From: a virus
Length of the DNA: 64,000 nucleotides
Virus record (IMG/VR): IMGVR_UViG_3300008259_000014
Span: 1-64,000 of that record
Direction: 5' to 3' (one strand)
Made by a program: the position numbers and the translations under genes. This document shows, in pieces, positions 8,920 through 19,735 of this stretch. The stretch's first letter is position 1. The number at the start of each line of letters is the position of its first letter. The notes beneath the pieces are model-generated. The model saw only the letters and a program-made list of their open reading frames with translations, was not told the DNA's origin and ran no database searches.

Positions 8920-8929
8920 ATTTAATTAT

Positions 8930-9226
8930 TTACTCTCCAAACAATTCACTTATTGAATCGTGAATAGTATTAACATCATCTAAGTTAATTTTCTGTTTTA
9001 ATGCCTTAAGTGCATGACCCAGCTCCTTCTTTGGAATATTCTTAGACTCTATGAATCCATTGCTCCATTCTTTTCTGGCCTCTTGAATGTCTTTGATTTG
9101 TTGATCATATACAAGAAGTTGCTTGACATAATCTTTTACATCGTCTAGATTCCAAGTGGTCTCTGTTGAGTTTTCGTTCTGCTCGTCTGAATATACTTTT
9201 ACAACTTTTTCAAGCTTTACTGACAT
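8930..9226 (-). CDS. Small helical protein, GapR/DsbA-like DNA-binding candidate
   Basis: VKDYVKQLLVYDQQIKDIQEARKE..IPKKEL pattern; has its own promoter and terminator. Confidence 0.4.
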   Translation of the reverse strand: MSVKLEKVVKVYSDEQNENSTETTWNLDDVKDYVKQLLVYDQQIKDIQEARKEWSNGFIESKNIPKKELGHALKALKQKINLDDVNTIHDSISELFGE

Positions 9227-9296
9227 TAACTACTCCTTAGTTTTTTTATTTTGTTTTGAGATTTCTGAAACGAGGCCGCCTACGACGGCCAAGGAC

Positions 9297-9324
9297 ATAA
9301 TACGCAGCAGGCAGCCCTTGTCGA
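9297..9324 (-). promoter_or_regulatory. Promoter TCGACA-N16-TATTAT with +1 hairpin (9274-9290)
   Basis: Upstream A-tract; GGCCG..CGGCC stem at the predicted start site. Confidence 0.65.
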
Positions 9325-9331
9325 TATTTTT

Positions 9332-12300
9332 TTATCTTCCGATCTTATCTAGATTAGATGCCCGGAGTGATATGGCCTTCTTATTAGTATTGGCTGCTTC
9401 TTCCTTAGATGTGTGTAGTTTTAGCTTGTCTGACAATAATGTATCTACATACTTTAGTATGTATTCTTGTGAAGCATTTCCAATAGATATTGATAGATTT
9501 ACAGCACCAGTATGCTCAGCTCTATTTAAGATTTTCTTACGATTCAGCTCCTGCTTCTCATATTCTTCCTTTCTTAGAAAAAATTCTGCATTTAAAGGTC
9601 TTCCATGTAGGAAGCGAGCGCCATGAAGATTTGTTTGCTTAAGTATTTTCTGACCATCTGGATCTTGAATATCTTTAATTTCAGAAAGTCTTTTTGAATC
9701 TCCGGCATCAAAAGGAAATATATCTGATATCATATTTATTCTTGCAGAAGGCATTCCATCGGCTTGCTCTCTATCTGAGGCTATGCTAAAGTGCTTTCCA
9801 ATTATAGATGTCCATGATGGATATTTCTTAGAAATTTCTGTTGCCGAAGCAGATGCTTCCTGAGGTGAATTTTGATAAAATAATAAATTTTCATCTCTCA
9901 TCTTAGATCCAGTTATAAATTTGTACAGGTCTTTAATTACAACGTCTGCCAATTCATCAGAATTAAATTTATTGATAATTTTCTTAGCTATTAAGCTTTC
10001 AATAAGAGCTCTAACAGACTTTGAAATCTTTTTAACCAGTCCTACTTCATTATTCAGCGGATCAGAATAAGGAGATAATATGTCATAAGCATTTATATCC
10101 AAAGATATCATTCCATTTGAGATAATATTTTTGTATGAATATTTCTTGGCCATTTCATTCATTGATTTTGCAACAACCTCTAATCCATTCATTTCAATTA
10201 ACATATGTCTAAACGAGCTTATTACTTCATTTTTACCATCAATATCATCTGGATTCCAAAGCCTATGTCCACCAAATTCTGGAGAAAATGCATCCATTGA
10301 TATAAGCTTATTTATAGTTACATAGTCAAGAAGTGGAACATATCCTGATCTTCCTGGCTCTACGCCTCGAAATGGAAATTCATATCCTTCTGAAACATTA
10401 GATGATGAGCACTTTGTTGATACAACAAAAAGAGGAAGCTCTCTATATTTTGAGAATACACTCTCAATCATGATCTTGTATGTTGACTTTAACTCTGATG
10501 CTAGTTTCACAGACGCTTGACGTGCAGGCCTTCTCCTTGCAGGCTCAGATAAAGATGTATTGCTTAGCATAGTAGACAAGCCACTTCTTGCTGTAGATAG
10601 ATTTTCAAGTTTTTCAGTATATTCCTTGTATAGTGCAAATATCTTCTCAAGATATGCATTAGCAATATTGTATGGATCTCTAGCTAAAAAGTCACAAATA
10701 TCTAATGACAACATTTTTTCAGGATTGGAAACTGATGCAATTTCAACTGGTATTCTAGAATTAAAAATTGGATAAAAGGCCTGATGATCTTGTCTAGGAT
10801 CATCATCTATTGAGCCCTTGAAATCTGAGTATTCTATTGGAATAATGAATCCAGGCCTATAATATGATGTTTCATAATTATTAACAGGAGGGTATACCCT
10901 ACTTAAAGGAGTCTGCTGTGTAAACTGACCAATCGAGAATCCACTAGATGTTGCCAGACCTATATAGTCATTTACAAATTCTGTCGTAGCCTCATTTGGC
11001 GGAGAGCGAATTCCATCCTCATCAATGCCAAAAGTGTAAGGATGATAGAATGAGCTTACAGATACATCTTCTAGACGTCTAGACTCCTTTATTTTAAAAA
11101 GATTCCAATCTCCATATACATGGATGTCCATTCCAATTATAAGACTTGATATATTCTCTGCATTTGGAATTTTAGCTCTAGATAAAACAATAGCATAGCC
11201 TTCTGGAGGTACTATGTTTATTCCAAAATCACAATAAGTATGCTTAGAGTCGGCAACATAATAAGCTATATTATCCCAATCTTTAATGTCTGATCTTTTT
11301 AATATTTTTGCATTAAAAGCTGGAAGTTTTCTGAATCTATCTTTTTTGTTATAGAAATTGTCATACTTACCCTCTCTGCTTAAATCAATGGTAGTTATTG
11401 GTGGAGCAACCATACAATTTTCTATCAACTTGGATGTAATTCTTTTTTCATTATCTGTAATAGTTGCTGATTGCTCTATCTTCTTAAGAAGAGAATTAGA
11501 TATCATATCTAATGATTTATTTAGATAATTCTGATTTGCTACTGTTGTTTTTAACCCAGATAACATTAACTTATAGTCTTCAACCATAAGCTTTAAAGAA
11601 TTCTTTAGCTTATCAACAAACTCTTTTTTATCATCAAATTTTGATGCTATAGAAGTAGCTTCTCTTTCTGTTATTGCCATTCTAATAGAGGCTAGAGCGT
11701 CATCAGCTATAAATAATTTTCCGTCTGGAGCATCCTTTGACAAGATATTATCTAATGATAATAGACTTGATTGAGAAAAGTTATACCCTATGTAATTTGC
11801 AGACCTGTCGTCAAAGAATTTTCTCCAAAGATCATTTATAGATTCTGCGACGTAAATTGCAGAGCACATAGACAAGACTCTTGCTAAATATTCTGATGCT
11901 CTCATATTTGAGATACTAAGCTGTTCAACAGGGTTGGTAACAACATCTTCAATTTTAGAAGGTATTATAACAAGATCTTCAGCCTTAGTAGGCGCAGTTT
12001 TTCTGGGCTTCTTTTTTGGATCTTTGATTCTCAATGTTTTTACAGCAGAAAGTATTGCATTCTGCGCCTTTGATATATCCTCTTCGGATTCAGACTTTGC
12101 AATAACTGCGTTTATATTTGAATGCATTGCATCATCAAATATCTTATATGCAAAGTATCCCAACCTCTTATTCTTAAAGTCTAATGATTTTTCAACTCCC
12201 AATATTTTTTCAATGGAAAAAGAAAGTGATTCGATTATGCCAATAATAAGATTTTTTCTAGAAAAGATTGATATTGATTCTCCAAGAATATCATACAGTC

Positions 12301-15300
12301 TTAAATCCTGAAGAGACATATATTTATAATATTCATTGTAAAATGATATCTTAAATTCATCAATAATTTTATTGAAATCAGGAAATTCTTCTAGAGAATT
12401 GCTATCTTGCGAGCTACTGACGTAGTATGCTAATATTTTTCTTGCGGCAGAGTGAGCGATAAGGGAGAAATCTCTTATCATGCTTAGTCCTCCAGATACC
12501 AATACAGAAATCGAAGTGTGAGCCTTCATTATATCTGCTTTCATAGTTGGAGTTAATTCATCTGGATCTTCGCTACTATCAACTTCATAGCTTGTCATTG
12601 ATTCAATCTTATCAAGAACTGATGATATCTTTCCATCTTTTACGGAATCTTTTTCATGAGTAGTTCTCATTTCCAATATTTTCATTGTAGACTGGTCTAT
12701 CTTCTTATCAAAATCAGCAGAGTAAAACATATCTCCTCTAAGCTTATCTGCCGTTGGCGTTCCCCAGGCCAGGCTATTCTTAGATTGGTTTATATCATTA
12801 AATATATAATATTTTCCATTATTTTCAAAGTAATAATTTGAAAAATTAGAATAGTCACCATTCCAATTTTCTATTTTAATTCTTCCATATAATTGACTCT
12901 TTGGGACTTCCATAATAAATGGAGATATTTGATATGGAAGTCTTAAGTTCATTGTTGCATTGAAATTTTCAACTCCAGAGCTTGAAAGTACTCCTGATGC
13001 ACCTAGTTTTGCTGGAATGCCAGATGAATATGTTATATCATAAGCGTGATGAGACTTTCCAAAGTTTACAGAGTCGCCTATTGAGAATTTATGTCCACTG
13101 GAACATACAAGCTTTAAATCTTTTAGTATATCAAATGATTTAAGATTGGTAATTGAACCTGGTGATTTTCTTCCAAGATTCAAAACTGCCATCTTTTTAA
13201 GCTCTCTTAGTGTAGCGTTATCTGAGCTGGATAGCTTCTTTGTAGAAGCTTCTGCCGCATACTCTACAACTTGCTGCAAATAAGGCTGAACGTCATAAAA
13301 GTCAACACCATTACTTATAAGTATATTTACAAGATCAAATATTTTTTTATCTTTATTGCCAAAACTAGCTTTTAGTAAAGATTGCAAAGATCCATTGTCA
13401 TATGAATCTCTAACGAATGCTGACAATGATGTCACGTTACCACATACAATATATGATGCTGTCCCATCTTCTACTGGAGACTGGTCTCCAGCTTCAGATG
13501 TAGGATATGAGTATCCAAATAAGTCTTTTGATAATTGTCCAACAATACCAGTTGTTGGGAATGCTAAATACTTATACTTTGATACATCGTTTACCTTGTT
13601 TTCACTAGAAAACTTGCATGGACAAACAAATACCGTGCTAGAGTTTTTCCATCCACCAGACATTCTTTTTTCTAGCTCTTTTGTGAATGCAGCCCTATCT
13701 TCCTCCATTAGTATGCCCTTTTGAATTAGTTCATCCAAAGAATTCTTAAGAGAATTATTCTGATTTAGAGAAGTTGATGGGGCTATATTTACATCTAATG
13801 GGCTAAATCGCGTTGTCATTTTTGACATTTGATCAAAGTCAATAGACATTCCACATTTAAAATCAGTAATGGATAGGCTCTTTCCAGATATTGGTTTTGG
13901 CTTTTCCATATCTGTAAATGGACATTTAGTCTTGATAGCCTTCACTGGAGAAGATCTTACGCCAGCCTCTTTTGCTCCAAGGGTCATGAGAGCGAAAGAT
14001 CTCATTCTTAAGCCTAAATTGTGATTATCATCATTTGATGATGATATAAGTTTTTCTATTTCGGACCATGAATATGATTTTTTATTATTTAACTCGTCAA
14101 CATACCTTTTTTCAAGACCATCGGTGTCAAAGTTTAAATCATCATCAGTGATAATCGAATTATCACTGCGTCTTATTGGAAGATATAGTACTTCCTCAAA
14201 CCCCTTATCTATTGTGCCATACTTACTCTTTGCATCTTCATCCATTTTTCCTGTTCCTGCGAAAAACTCTGAATGATATATGGATTTTGTACAAGTTGGA
14301 CACTTTATATACTTCCAGCCTTTTCTTATAGAAGCTTTTGCTGCAGAGGCCGCATAGTTTATTAAGTCATTTAAATTTATTGATCTAGATATATATAATG
14401 AATAATCTTTTTGATTGTTTTTTACATCAAAAAACAATATTGTCTTCTGTCTTGAATACTCACTAAGCGAATCCATAACTTTTGTTATTGCTTCTTCAAA
14501 GCTAGCATCATCGCCACTCTTTGGTGATAGTGCTCCAAAGGCCTTCTTCATGTCTGGCTCCAACAAGTTACTTGCTGAAGACCTTGGAAAGCATATAATT
14601 GATGCAAGATAAGAAATACCTCTTGCAAGCTCGCTATCAGTTCTGCTTAATATTGTTGAGAAAAGAACTTGGCTAACATTAGGAAAGACATTTGATGAGT
14701 TCATTCCAAACTGATTAAATTGTTTTACGATATCATCAACTTTTGATAGAATAGTTCTATCTCTTTCTTTCATTGCTAGAGCTAGATCATCCAAATGCAT
14801 TGCGCAATTATATCTTTCTTTTTCAATAGATGCCCAATCATTGCTCTTTGAGTTTAATACCCTATCAGTATACATTTGTTTTATGTGCAAAATAGTTGCT
14901 TGAGCTTTTGCAATAAGTAGTGAAAAAGGCTCATTATTGACATATATCTCTATAGAGTCATTATTATTTTCTACTGATATTGTACTATTTTGATTTGGAA
15001 CAGATGCAAATGGTGGATAATAAGATGTTATATCTATTTTATTTCCATCACTTATTAATTTATTTTTAATTTCAATTTGTTCAGATAGATTTTTATCTAG
15101 TCTTCCAAAGAAAGAGCTTGAGGTATTTGCATTTTGAATAAAGTTATAAGATGGATTGGCTTCTGATATATTTTTTATAAATGCAGATGGAGCTCCTGGT
15201 GCAGACTTTCTGCCCCCTGTAGAGTCTATCTCTTCTTTTACAAAATCTCCATAATTAACATCCAAAATTTTTACAGATTTCCCAAATCTCTGATCTATCT

Positions 15301-15895
15301 GTCCAACAAGAGTTTGTGCTATCTCCTCGGGAGTTCTGGCAACTCCCGTATTAGGGTCGTTGGGGTCTAAGCCATAGAAATCTTCGTATTCAGGCTCATC
15401 ACCTGAAAGAAATAGCGCTTCAAGCTCCTCCTTCCAGAGGCCCTTTTTTTGCAGGAAATCACTAATTCCAATATCAGATATTACACTTTTTATATATACT
15501 TCTGAATTATTATTTAATAATGTTATAATAGGAGACTGCGGATTTAACTCAAAAATTAAATTAATTTCCTTTATTTTATCCTTTAAATTATATTCTGGTT
15601 GATCAACATCATCAAAAAAATATTCTATAAAATCATCTCTTGTTGCCATTTGTTTTTTAAAAGTATCTAGCAATTTTTTCATTGCAAGAAACTCTGGCGA
15701 TTGCAAACCCTTCTCTTTGGTTAAAGCTGTCAGTTTTAAATTAAATGCCTTAATTGTTGATGTTATTACTGACGAATATAAGTCTTGCAAACCTGTATTT
15801 AGTTTTGAGTGGAAATCTTCTATATCACGCAAAACATCTGGACCTGGCTTGATTGCTGATAAAAGCTTCTCTGTATTTTCAAAATTAAAACTCAT
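9332..15895 (-). CDS. 2187-aa protein of unknown function with dispersed Cys/His knuckles
   Basis: Uninterrupted ORF; CPTC, CPF, CGM, CPC, CGN, CSSGH. Confidence 0.8.
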   Translation of the reverse strand: MSFNFENTEKLLSAIKPGPDVLRDIEDFHSKLNTGLQDLYSSVITSTIKAFNLKLTALTKEKGLQSPEFLAMKKLLDTFKKQMATRDDFIEYFFDDVDQPEYNLKDKIKEINLIFELNPQSPIITLLNNNSEVYIKSVISDIGISDFLQKKGLWKEELEALFLSGDEPEYEDFYGLDPNDPNTGVARTPEEIAQTLVGQIDQRFGKSVKILDVNYGDFVKEEIDSTGGRKSAPGAPSAFIKNISEANPSYNFIQNANTSSSFFGRLDKNLSEQIEIKNKLISDGNKIDITSYYPPFASVPNQNSTISVENNNDSIEIYVNNEPFSLLIAKAQATILHIKQMYTDRVLNSKSNDWASIEKERYNCAMHLDDLALAMKERDRTILSKVDDIVKQFNQFGMNSSNVFPNVSQVLFSTILSRTDSELARGISYLASIICFPRSSASNLLEPDMKKAFGALSPKSGDDASFEEAITKVMDSLSEYSRQKTILFFDVKNNQKDYSLYISRSINLNDLINYAASAAKASIRKGWKYIKCPTCTKSIYHSEFFAGTGKMDEDAKSKYGTIDKGFEEVLYLPIRRSDNSIITDDDLNFDTDGLEKRYVDELNNKKSYSWSEIEKLISSSNDDNHNLGLRMRSFALMTLGAKEAGVRSSPVKAIKTKCPFTDMEKPKPISGKSLSITDFKCGMSIDFDQMSKMTTRFSPLDVNIAPSTSLNQNNSLKNSLDELIQKGILMEEDRAAFTKELEKRMSGGWKNSSTVFVCPCKFSSENKVNDVSKYKYLAFPTTGIVGQLSKDLFGYSYPTSEAGDQSPVEDGTASYIVCGNVTSLSAFVRDSYDNGSLQSLLKASFGNKDKKIFDLVNILISNGVDFYDVQPYLQQVVEYAAEASTKKLSSSDNATLRELKKMAVLNLGRKSPGSITNLKSFDILKDLKLVCSSGHKFSIGDSVNFGKSHHAYDITYSSGIPAKLGASGVLSSSGVENFNATMNLRLPYQISPFIMEVPKSQLYGRIKIENWNGDYSNFSNYYFENNGKYYIFNDINQSKNSLAWGTPTADKLRGDMFYSADFDKKIDQSTMKILEMRTTHEKDSVKDGKISSVLDKIESMTSYEVDSSEDPDELTPTMKADIMKAHTSISVLVSGGLSMIRDFSLIAHSAARKILAYYVSSSQDSNSLEEFPDFNKIIDEFKISFYNEYYKYMSLQDLRLYDILGESISIFSRKNLIIGIIESLSFSIEKILGVEKSLDFKNKRLGYFAYKIFDDAMHSNINAVIAKSESEEDISKAQNAILSAVKTLRIKDPKKKPRKTAPTKAEDLVIIPSKIEDVVTNPVEQLSISNMRASEYLARVLSMCSAIYVAESINDLWRKFFDDRSANYIGYNFSQSSLLSLDNILSKDAPDGKLFIADDALASIRMAITEREATSIASKFDDKKEFVDKLKNSLKLMVEDYKLMLSGLKTTVANQNYLNKSLDMISNSLLKKIEQSATITDNEKRITSKLIENCMVAPPITTIDLSREGKYDNFYNKKDRFRKLPAFNAKILKRSDIKDWDNIAYYVADSKHTYCDFGINIVPPEGYAIVLSRAKIPNAENISSLIIGMDIHVYGDWNLFKIKESRRLEDVSVSSFYHPYTFGIDEDGIRSPPNEATTEFVNDYIGLATSSGFSIGQFTQQTPLSRVYPPVNNYETSYYRPGFIIPIEYSDFKGSIDDDPRQDHQAFYPIFNSRIPVEIASVSNPEKMLSLDICDFLARDPYNIANAYLEKIFALYKEYTEKLENLSTARSGLSTMLSNTSLSEPARRRPARQASVKLASELKSTYKIMIESVFSKYRELPLFVVSTKCSSSNVSEGYEFPFRGVEPGRSGYVPLLDYVTINKLISMDAFSPEFGGHRLWNPDDIDGKNEVISSFRHMLIEMNGLEVVAKSMNEMAKKYSYKNIISNGMISLDINAYDILSPYSDPLNNEVGLVKKISKSVRALIESLIAKKIINKFNSDELADVVIKDLYKFITGSKMRDENLLFYQNSPQEASASATEISKKYPSWTSIIGKHFSIASDREQADGMPSARINMISDIFPFDAGDSKRLSEIKDIQDPDGQKILKQTNLHGARFLHGRPLNAEFFLRKEEYEKQELNRKKILNRAEHTGAVNLSISIGNASQEYILKYVDTLLSDKLKLHTSKEEAANTNKKAISLRASNLDKIGR

Positions 15896-17217
15896 TTATT
15901 TGGCTCCAAAAATTTTCTTAAATCTCTTTCTCTTCTGTCTGAGAAAACATCATCTTCTTGATAAAGATATATGTTAAATTTTTCTTTGTAATCATTTTTA
16001 ATTGTATTTATTAGTAAATCAATTATTTTTCCTGAATCATCTAAGTGTTCAGAATCTGATCTAGTATTTGCAACTAATATTATACTATTTTCTTTACTTA
16101 AAGTTATATTGTTTACAGATCCGTAGTTTAAAGCATTATAATTGTAATCATCTTGATTCATATATGAATTAAACTCAGAAATATCTTTTATAATTATTTT
16201 TAAACTTTGAAGAGGCTGAATTGACAAAGCTTTAAAATACTCACCATTTAAATAATTATTGAAAAAATTTTTTTCAAATATATTAGTCATATCCGTGCCA
16301 TTTGTTGAAAATATCTCTATATAATATGGATTTATAGTTTCATTTCCAACTCTTTTTATATTAGTATTGAATCCATACGATCTATCTGATGATTTTTTTG
16401 GAATTACCCTTCCAAGCTCATCAAATATCAAGTTATTATCCTGAGATATTTTTGATATTTCAAATTTTTCTATATCGTCAACTATATTTGAAAGTGGATG
16501 TATTAATTTTATATAATCGTTTTCTCCCATAGTTCCGGATAATAAAAATGGCAATTCAGATATTGCATTATTAAAATATTGATAATATTTATATTTATAT
16601 TCAGAAAAAATATTAATTATGCTATCATTTATTTTTTTTAACTCACCATAAGTTATTTTTTCATGTATAATTTTTGAGGATATATTTTTTAAAGAAATAT
16701 ACATATATTTTGCAAAGCAAAACAAAAGTAATTGTATTCTAGCTCTCTTTTTTCCAATCAAAGATCCTTCTATTTTTTTTATCTTGCTTATGTCTAATTT
16801 ATCTATATCCTTTGGTATATCCTTCAATAAGGATTGCAAAGTTTTATTTTGAACTATATTTATTTCTTTTATTTTTACATCTAAAATCCATCTGCACTTT
16901 TCTTCCAAGAAGAGTATCTTTTCTTTTACTTTTGAATAATCAGTATCAGATATTATTTCTAAACTTATTTTTTTTGAATCACCGTATTTCATATCAAAGC
17001 TTTCTCTAGAAGCTTTAAAAAGTAATAGAGCAGATCTTAGCTCTTCCAATGAAGAGAAGCTGATTTTATCAAAATCATAATTGATAAAATCTTCTTCCTT
17101 CATTATAAGTCTTTTCTTATAGCCTTTTTGATCACCACTTTTTAGTATGGCTATTTTATAGGCTGCAAGCTGTTTCTCATCTTGAATATGTCTTTTGATC
17201 TTCTCTATTATTGACAT
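15892..17217 (-). CDS. Hypothetical protein (441 aa)
   Basis: Long ORF overlapping both the sigma gene and the 2187-aa gene. Confidence 0.7.
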   Translation of the reverse strand: MSIIEKIKRHIQDEKQLAAYKIAILKSGDQKGYKKRLIMKEEDFINYDFDKISFSSLEELRSALLLFKASRESFDMKYGDSKKISLEIISDTDYSKVKEKILFLEEKCRWILDVKIKEINIVQNKTLQSLLKDIPKDIDKLDISKIKKIEGSLIGKKRARIQLLLFCFAKYMYISLKNISSKIIHEKITYGELKKINDSIINIFSEYKYKYYQYFNNAISELPFLLSGTMGENDYIKLIHPLSNIVDDIEKFEISKISQDNNLIFDELGRVIPKKSSDRSYGFNTNIKRVGNETINPYYIEIFSTNGTDMTNIFEKNFFNNYLNGEYFKALSIQPLQSLKIIIKDISEFNSYMNQDDYNYNALNYGSVNNITLSKENSIILVANTRSDSEHLDDSGKIIDLLINTIKNDYKEKFNIYLYQEDDVFSDRRERDLRKFLEPNK

Positions 17218-18005
17218 TAATATAGCTCTTTTAAAAGTTCTCTTATTTTCTCATTTTCAGATAGTCTTTTCACTCTAACGCTTGCTGCCCAGCCAGTCAA
17301 TCCAATTTCCGCAGCAGCATCTTTTATTGATATTCCATCAACGCACGTTCTTCTTAAGATGTGGGCAGTCTTACTATCTGACTCCTTTTCTATTAGATAA
17401 ATAATAGTATTAATATCAACTTCTTTTTGAGAATAGCCATCTTTTTGAAAGATTCCATCTTCATTTGCAACAACTGACTCAAAATCCGTCTGTTCCTCTG
17501 CTTCATCAGATTTCATCATAATTGAACTAAAAACTATCTCTTCTCTTGACCTTCTATAGGAATTTTGATTTTCTTTTCCACAATCAGAGCATTTTGATAC
17601 ATCAGAGGAATTCTGATTTTTAAAAATCAGAATCATTTGTCCGCCACATTCACATTTTCCATAGTCAGGCTGATCAAAGGATGTTGCATCATTTGCAATC
17701 TTATGATGATGCTTTATTAATGATATAAATTTATTTCTTATATGAGTATGCAAGAAAGTGCTAAGCTTTACGCTTTTATCATGATCGTAAGAATCAATTC
17801 CCTCTACGGCAATTCTTAATAGTTCCTGTTTTATATCATCAAAATTATAACCAGGAATATAAGCGCTTGACGCCATGCTTCTCATCAGGGGGTCTATTTT
17901 CAACAGAACCTTATCATATCCTTCTCTTTTTTCTTTTGAAATAAAGATATCCTCTTCATACATTTGAACTACGCCTTCAAAATTTTTCATCAGTCCTCCA
18001 ACCAA
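17217..18005 (-). CDS. Sigma-70 family RNA polymerase sigma factor with Zn-ribbon insertion
   Basis: Region 2 FDDIKQE..AVEGIDSYD..KLSTF..IRN; region 4 HTH GISIKDAAAEIGLT; CEC..CSDC insert. Confidence 0.85.
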   Translation of the reverse strand: MVGGLMKNFEGVVQMYEEDIFISKEKREGYDKVLLKIDPLMRSMASSAYIPGYNFDDIKQELLRIAVEGIDSYDHDKSVKLSTFLHTHIRNKFISLIKHHHKIANDATSFDQPDYGKCECGGQMILIFKNQNSSDVSKCSDCGKENQNSYRRSREEIVFSSIMMKSDEAEEQTDFESVVANEDGIFQKDGYSQKEVDINTIIYLIEKESDSKTAHILRRTCVDGISIKDAAAEIGLTGWAASVRVKRLSENEKIRELLKELY

Positions 18006-18811
18006 GTTACATTTTCTACTGACTTTTCAGTTGCTGCTTCATCACCATCTTCAATCCAAACCTCTTGACAAATACTTTTAAAGTCACAAAATGAACAAAG
18101 AGCTGATGGCTTTTTTATCCATTTATCTTCATTTGTAATTAGATTTGCAGTGTTTTCGATATCCTTAACAAGATCTCTTAATTCTTCTTTAGAAAAATTC
18201 CAAGATATTTTCTTGCAATCGAGCTTTAACATTATATACTCACCTGATAGCGTTTTAGCATCTGGATACATTCTTGTTATTGCTTCTGCATAAACTTTTA
18301 GCTGCTTACTTGTCATATAAGACGCACTTTTAGATGTCTTATAGTCTACGACATTGTAGTGTCCTGGCGCAACCAAATCAATTCTATCTATAAAGCCCCT
18401 AACTTCAGTTCCTCCTATAAAAAAAGAATAAGGAACCTCTACACCAATTACATTTGGAAATCCATTAGCCTTTATATTATTTAAATAATTTTGCATTATT
18501 TTTCTTAAAAAAGGAATGCCTGGAACATCTCCCTCTGGAGACCAAGTATACCCCTCCAAGATATCTAGATCGAACTCTTTTAAACCTTCCTTGTAACACT
18601 CTTTCATTATCGAAGCAGACTCTGCCATAGTAAATGGCGAGTCGATATACTTCTTATGAAATAGCTCTAGAATTCTGTGTCCACAGGATCCAAACTCTGT
18701 ATGAATCCATTTCTTTTTGTCTATTTTTGGTTTTACAATATATGTATAATGATATTTTTTTGGACACTTTTTATAAGTATCCATAGATGATACAGATAGT
18801 TTCAATGACAT
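17990..18811 (-). CDS. PD-(D/E)XK nuclease, RecB/Cas4/AddB-like
   Basis: SVSSMDTYKKCP, G..GH..LE, RGFIDRID, VDYKT, QLKVY, C-terminal CSFCDFKSIC. Confidence 0.9.
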   Translation of the reverse strand: MSLKLSVSSMDTYKKCPKKYHYTYIVKPKIDKKKWIHTEFGSCGHRILELFHKKYIDSPFTMAESASIMKECYKEGLKEFDLDILEGYTWSPEGDVPGIPFLRKIMQNYLNNIKANGFPNVIGVEVPYSFFIGGTEVRGFIDRIDLVAPGHYNVVDYKTSKSASYMTSKQLKVYAEAITRMYPDAKTLSGEYIMLKLDCKKISWNFSKEELRDLVKDIENTANLITNEDKWIKKPSALCSFCDFKSICQEVWIEDGDEAATEKSVENVTWLED

Positions 18812-18819
18812 TTTTTTCC

Positions 18820-19713
18820 TTAGTATATCTTTGACATATGCCTATCTTCAACCCATCTAAAAACAAATCTATTTTTATCCTGATTAAAGTTTATTATTAA
18901 TTGTTTCTTGTCAACTTTTTGCTTTGATATAATCCATCTTGAATCTTTTGATTCATAATAATAAGATATATAATATCCAGTGCTTGGATCATATATTGCC
19001 CTAACTAAATTACCAGTAATTACAGCTTCAGAGCTTTTTCTGCCTTCTGCATAACCCCTGGAGGTTGGGTCAAAAGTATTCATTGGTCTATTTATAATCT
19101 TAACTATTTGATTGTCAAACTTTTCTTGAGTTGTTCCATCTATTTCTATAAATTTAGCCTTTGGATCAAAAAAAACATTTTGATCATTTGGAGAAGAAGA
19201 ATTCATTGCACTTGTATTGGCACCTCTTAAAGCAAAGTTGACAAAATCTCTAGATGTCTTTCCGTCTAAATAAGAGTCGGTTGCTATTCCTAGGTAATTC
19301 TGCCTAGATGCCATAACATCTAGCTCCTCCAATACTATTGCAGACCCCTGTGTTGCATCGCCATTCTCGTCAAATCCAAGAGTAAATACTGGATCTACTC
19401 CTGGTGGAAGAATCTTTATACCTTCACTTCCAACTAGGTATGGGCCATTTATATTCTTAAACCCAGAAGACTTAAATTCCTCTACATAAACATCAGAATA
19501 TAATGTTTCTGAGATTGCTTTTATTGAAATCTTAAATGTTGTAAGATTGTTTGGAAGATAAATCTTTGACCCTGCCAATAAAGAGTTTTCATCTGGAGTT
19601 GTACCATCTAGTGTATAGTAAACACTAGATGGTACATCTGTTGATATTGACAAATACTCTGGAATACCAAGGACTAATTCTATTGAGCTTTTTTCTATTG
19701 TTAATGTAATCAT
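18820..19713 (-). CDS. Protein with an N-terminal chitobiase/FN3-associated Ig-like domain
   Basis: VYYTLDGTTP..S motif. Confidence 0.6.
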   Translation of the reverse strand: MITLTIEKSSIELVLGIPEYLSISTDVPSSVYYTLDGTTPDENSLLAGSKIYLPNNLTTFKISIKAISETLYSDVYVEEFKSSGFKNINGPYLVGSEGIKILPPGVDPVFTLGFDENGDATQGSAIVLEELDVMASRQNYLGIATDSYLDGKTSRDFVNFALRGANTSAMNSSSPNDQNVFFDPKAKFIEIDGTTQEKFDNQIVKIINRPMNTFDPTSRGYAEGRKSSEAVITGNLVRAIYDPSTGYYISYYYESKDSRWIISKQKVDKKQLIINFNQDKNRFVFRWVEDRHMSKIY

Positions 19714-19735
19714 AAAATATATTTAAATATTAGCA

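Noticed and set aside
9332-15895. Phage RNA polymerase subunit
   Set aside because: The nearest motifs (SADFDKK, NFDTDG) do not give DxDGD, and no other double-psi-barrel motifs were recognised.
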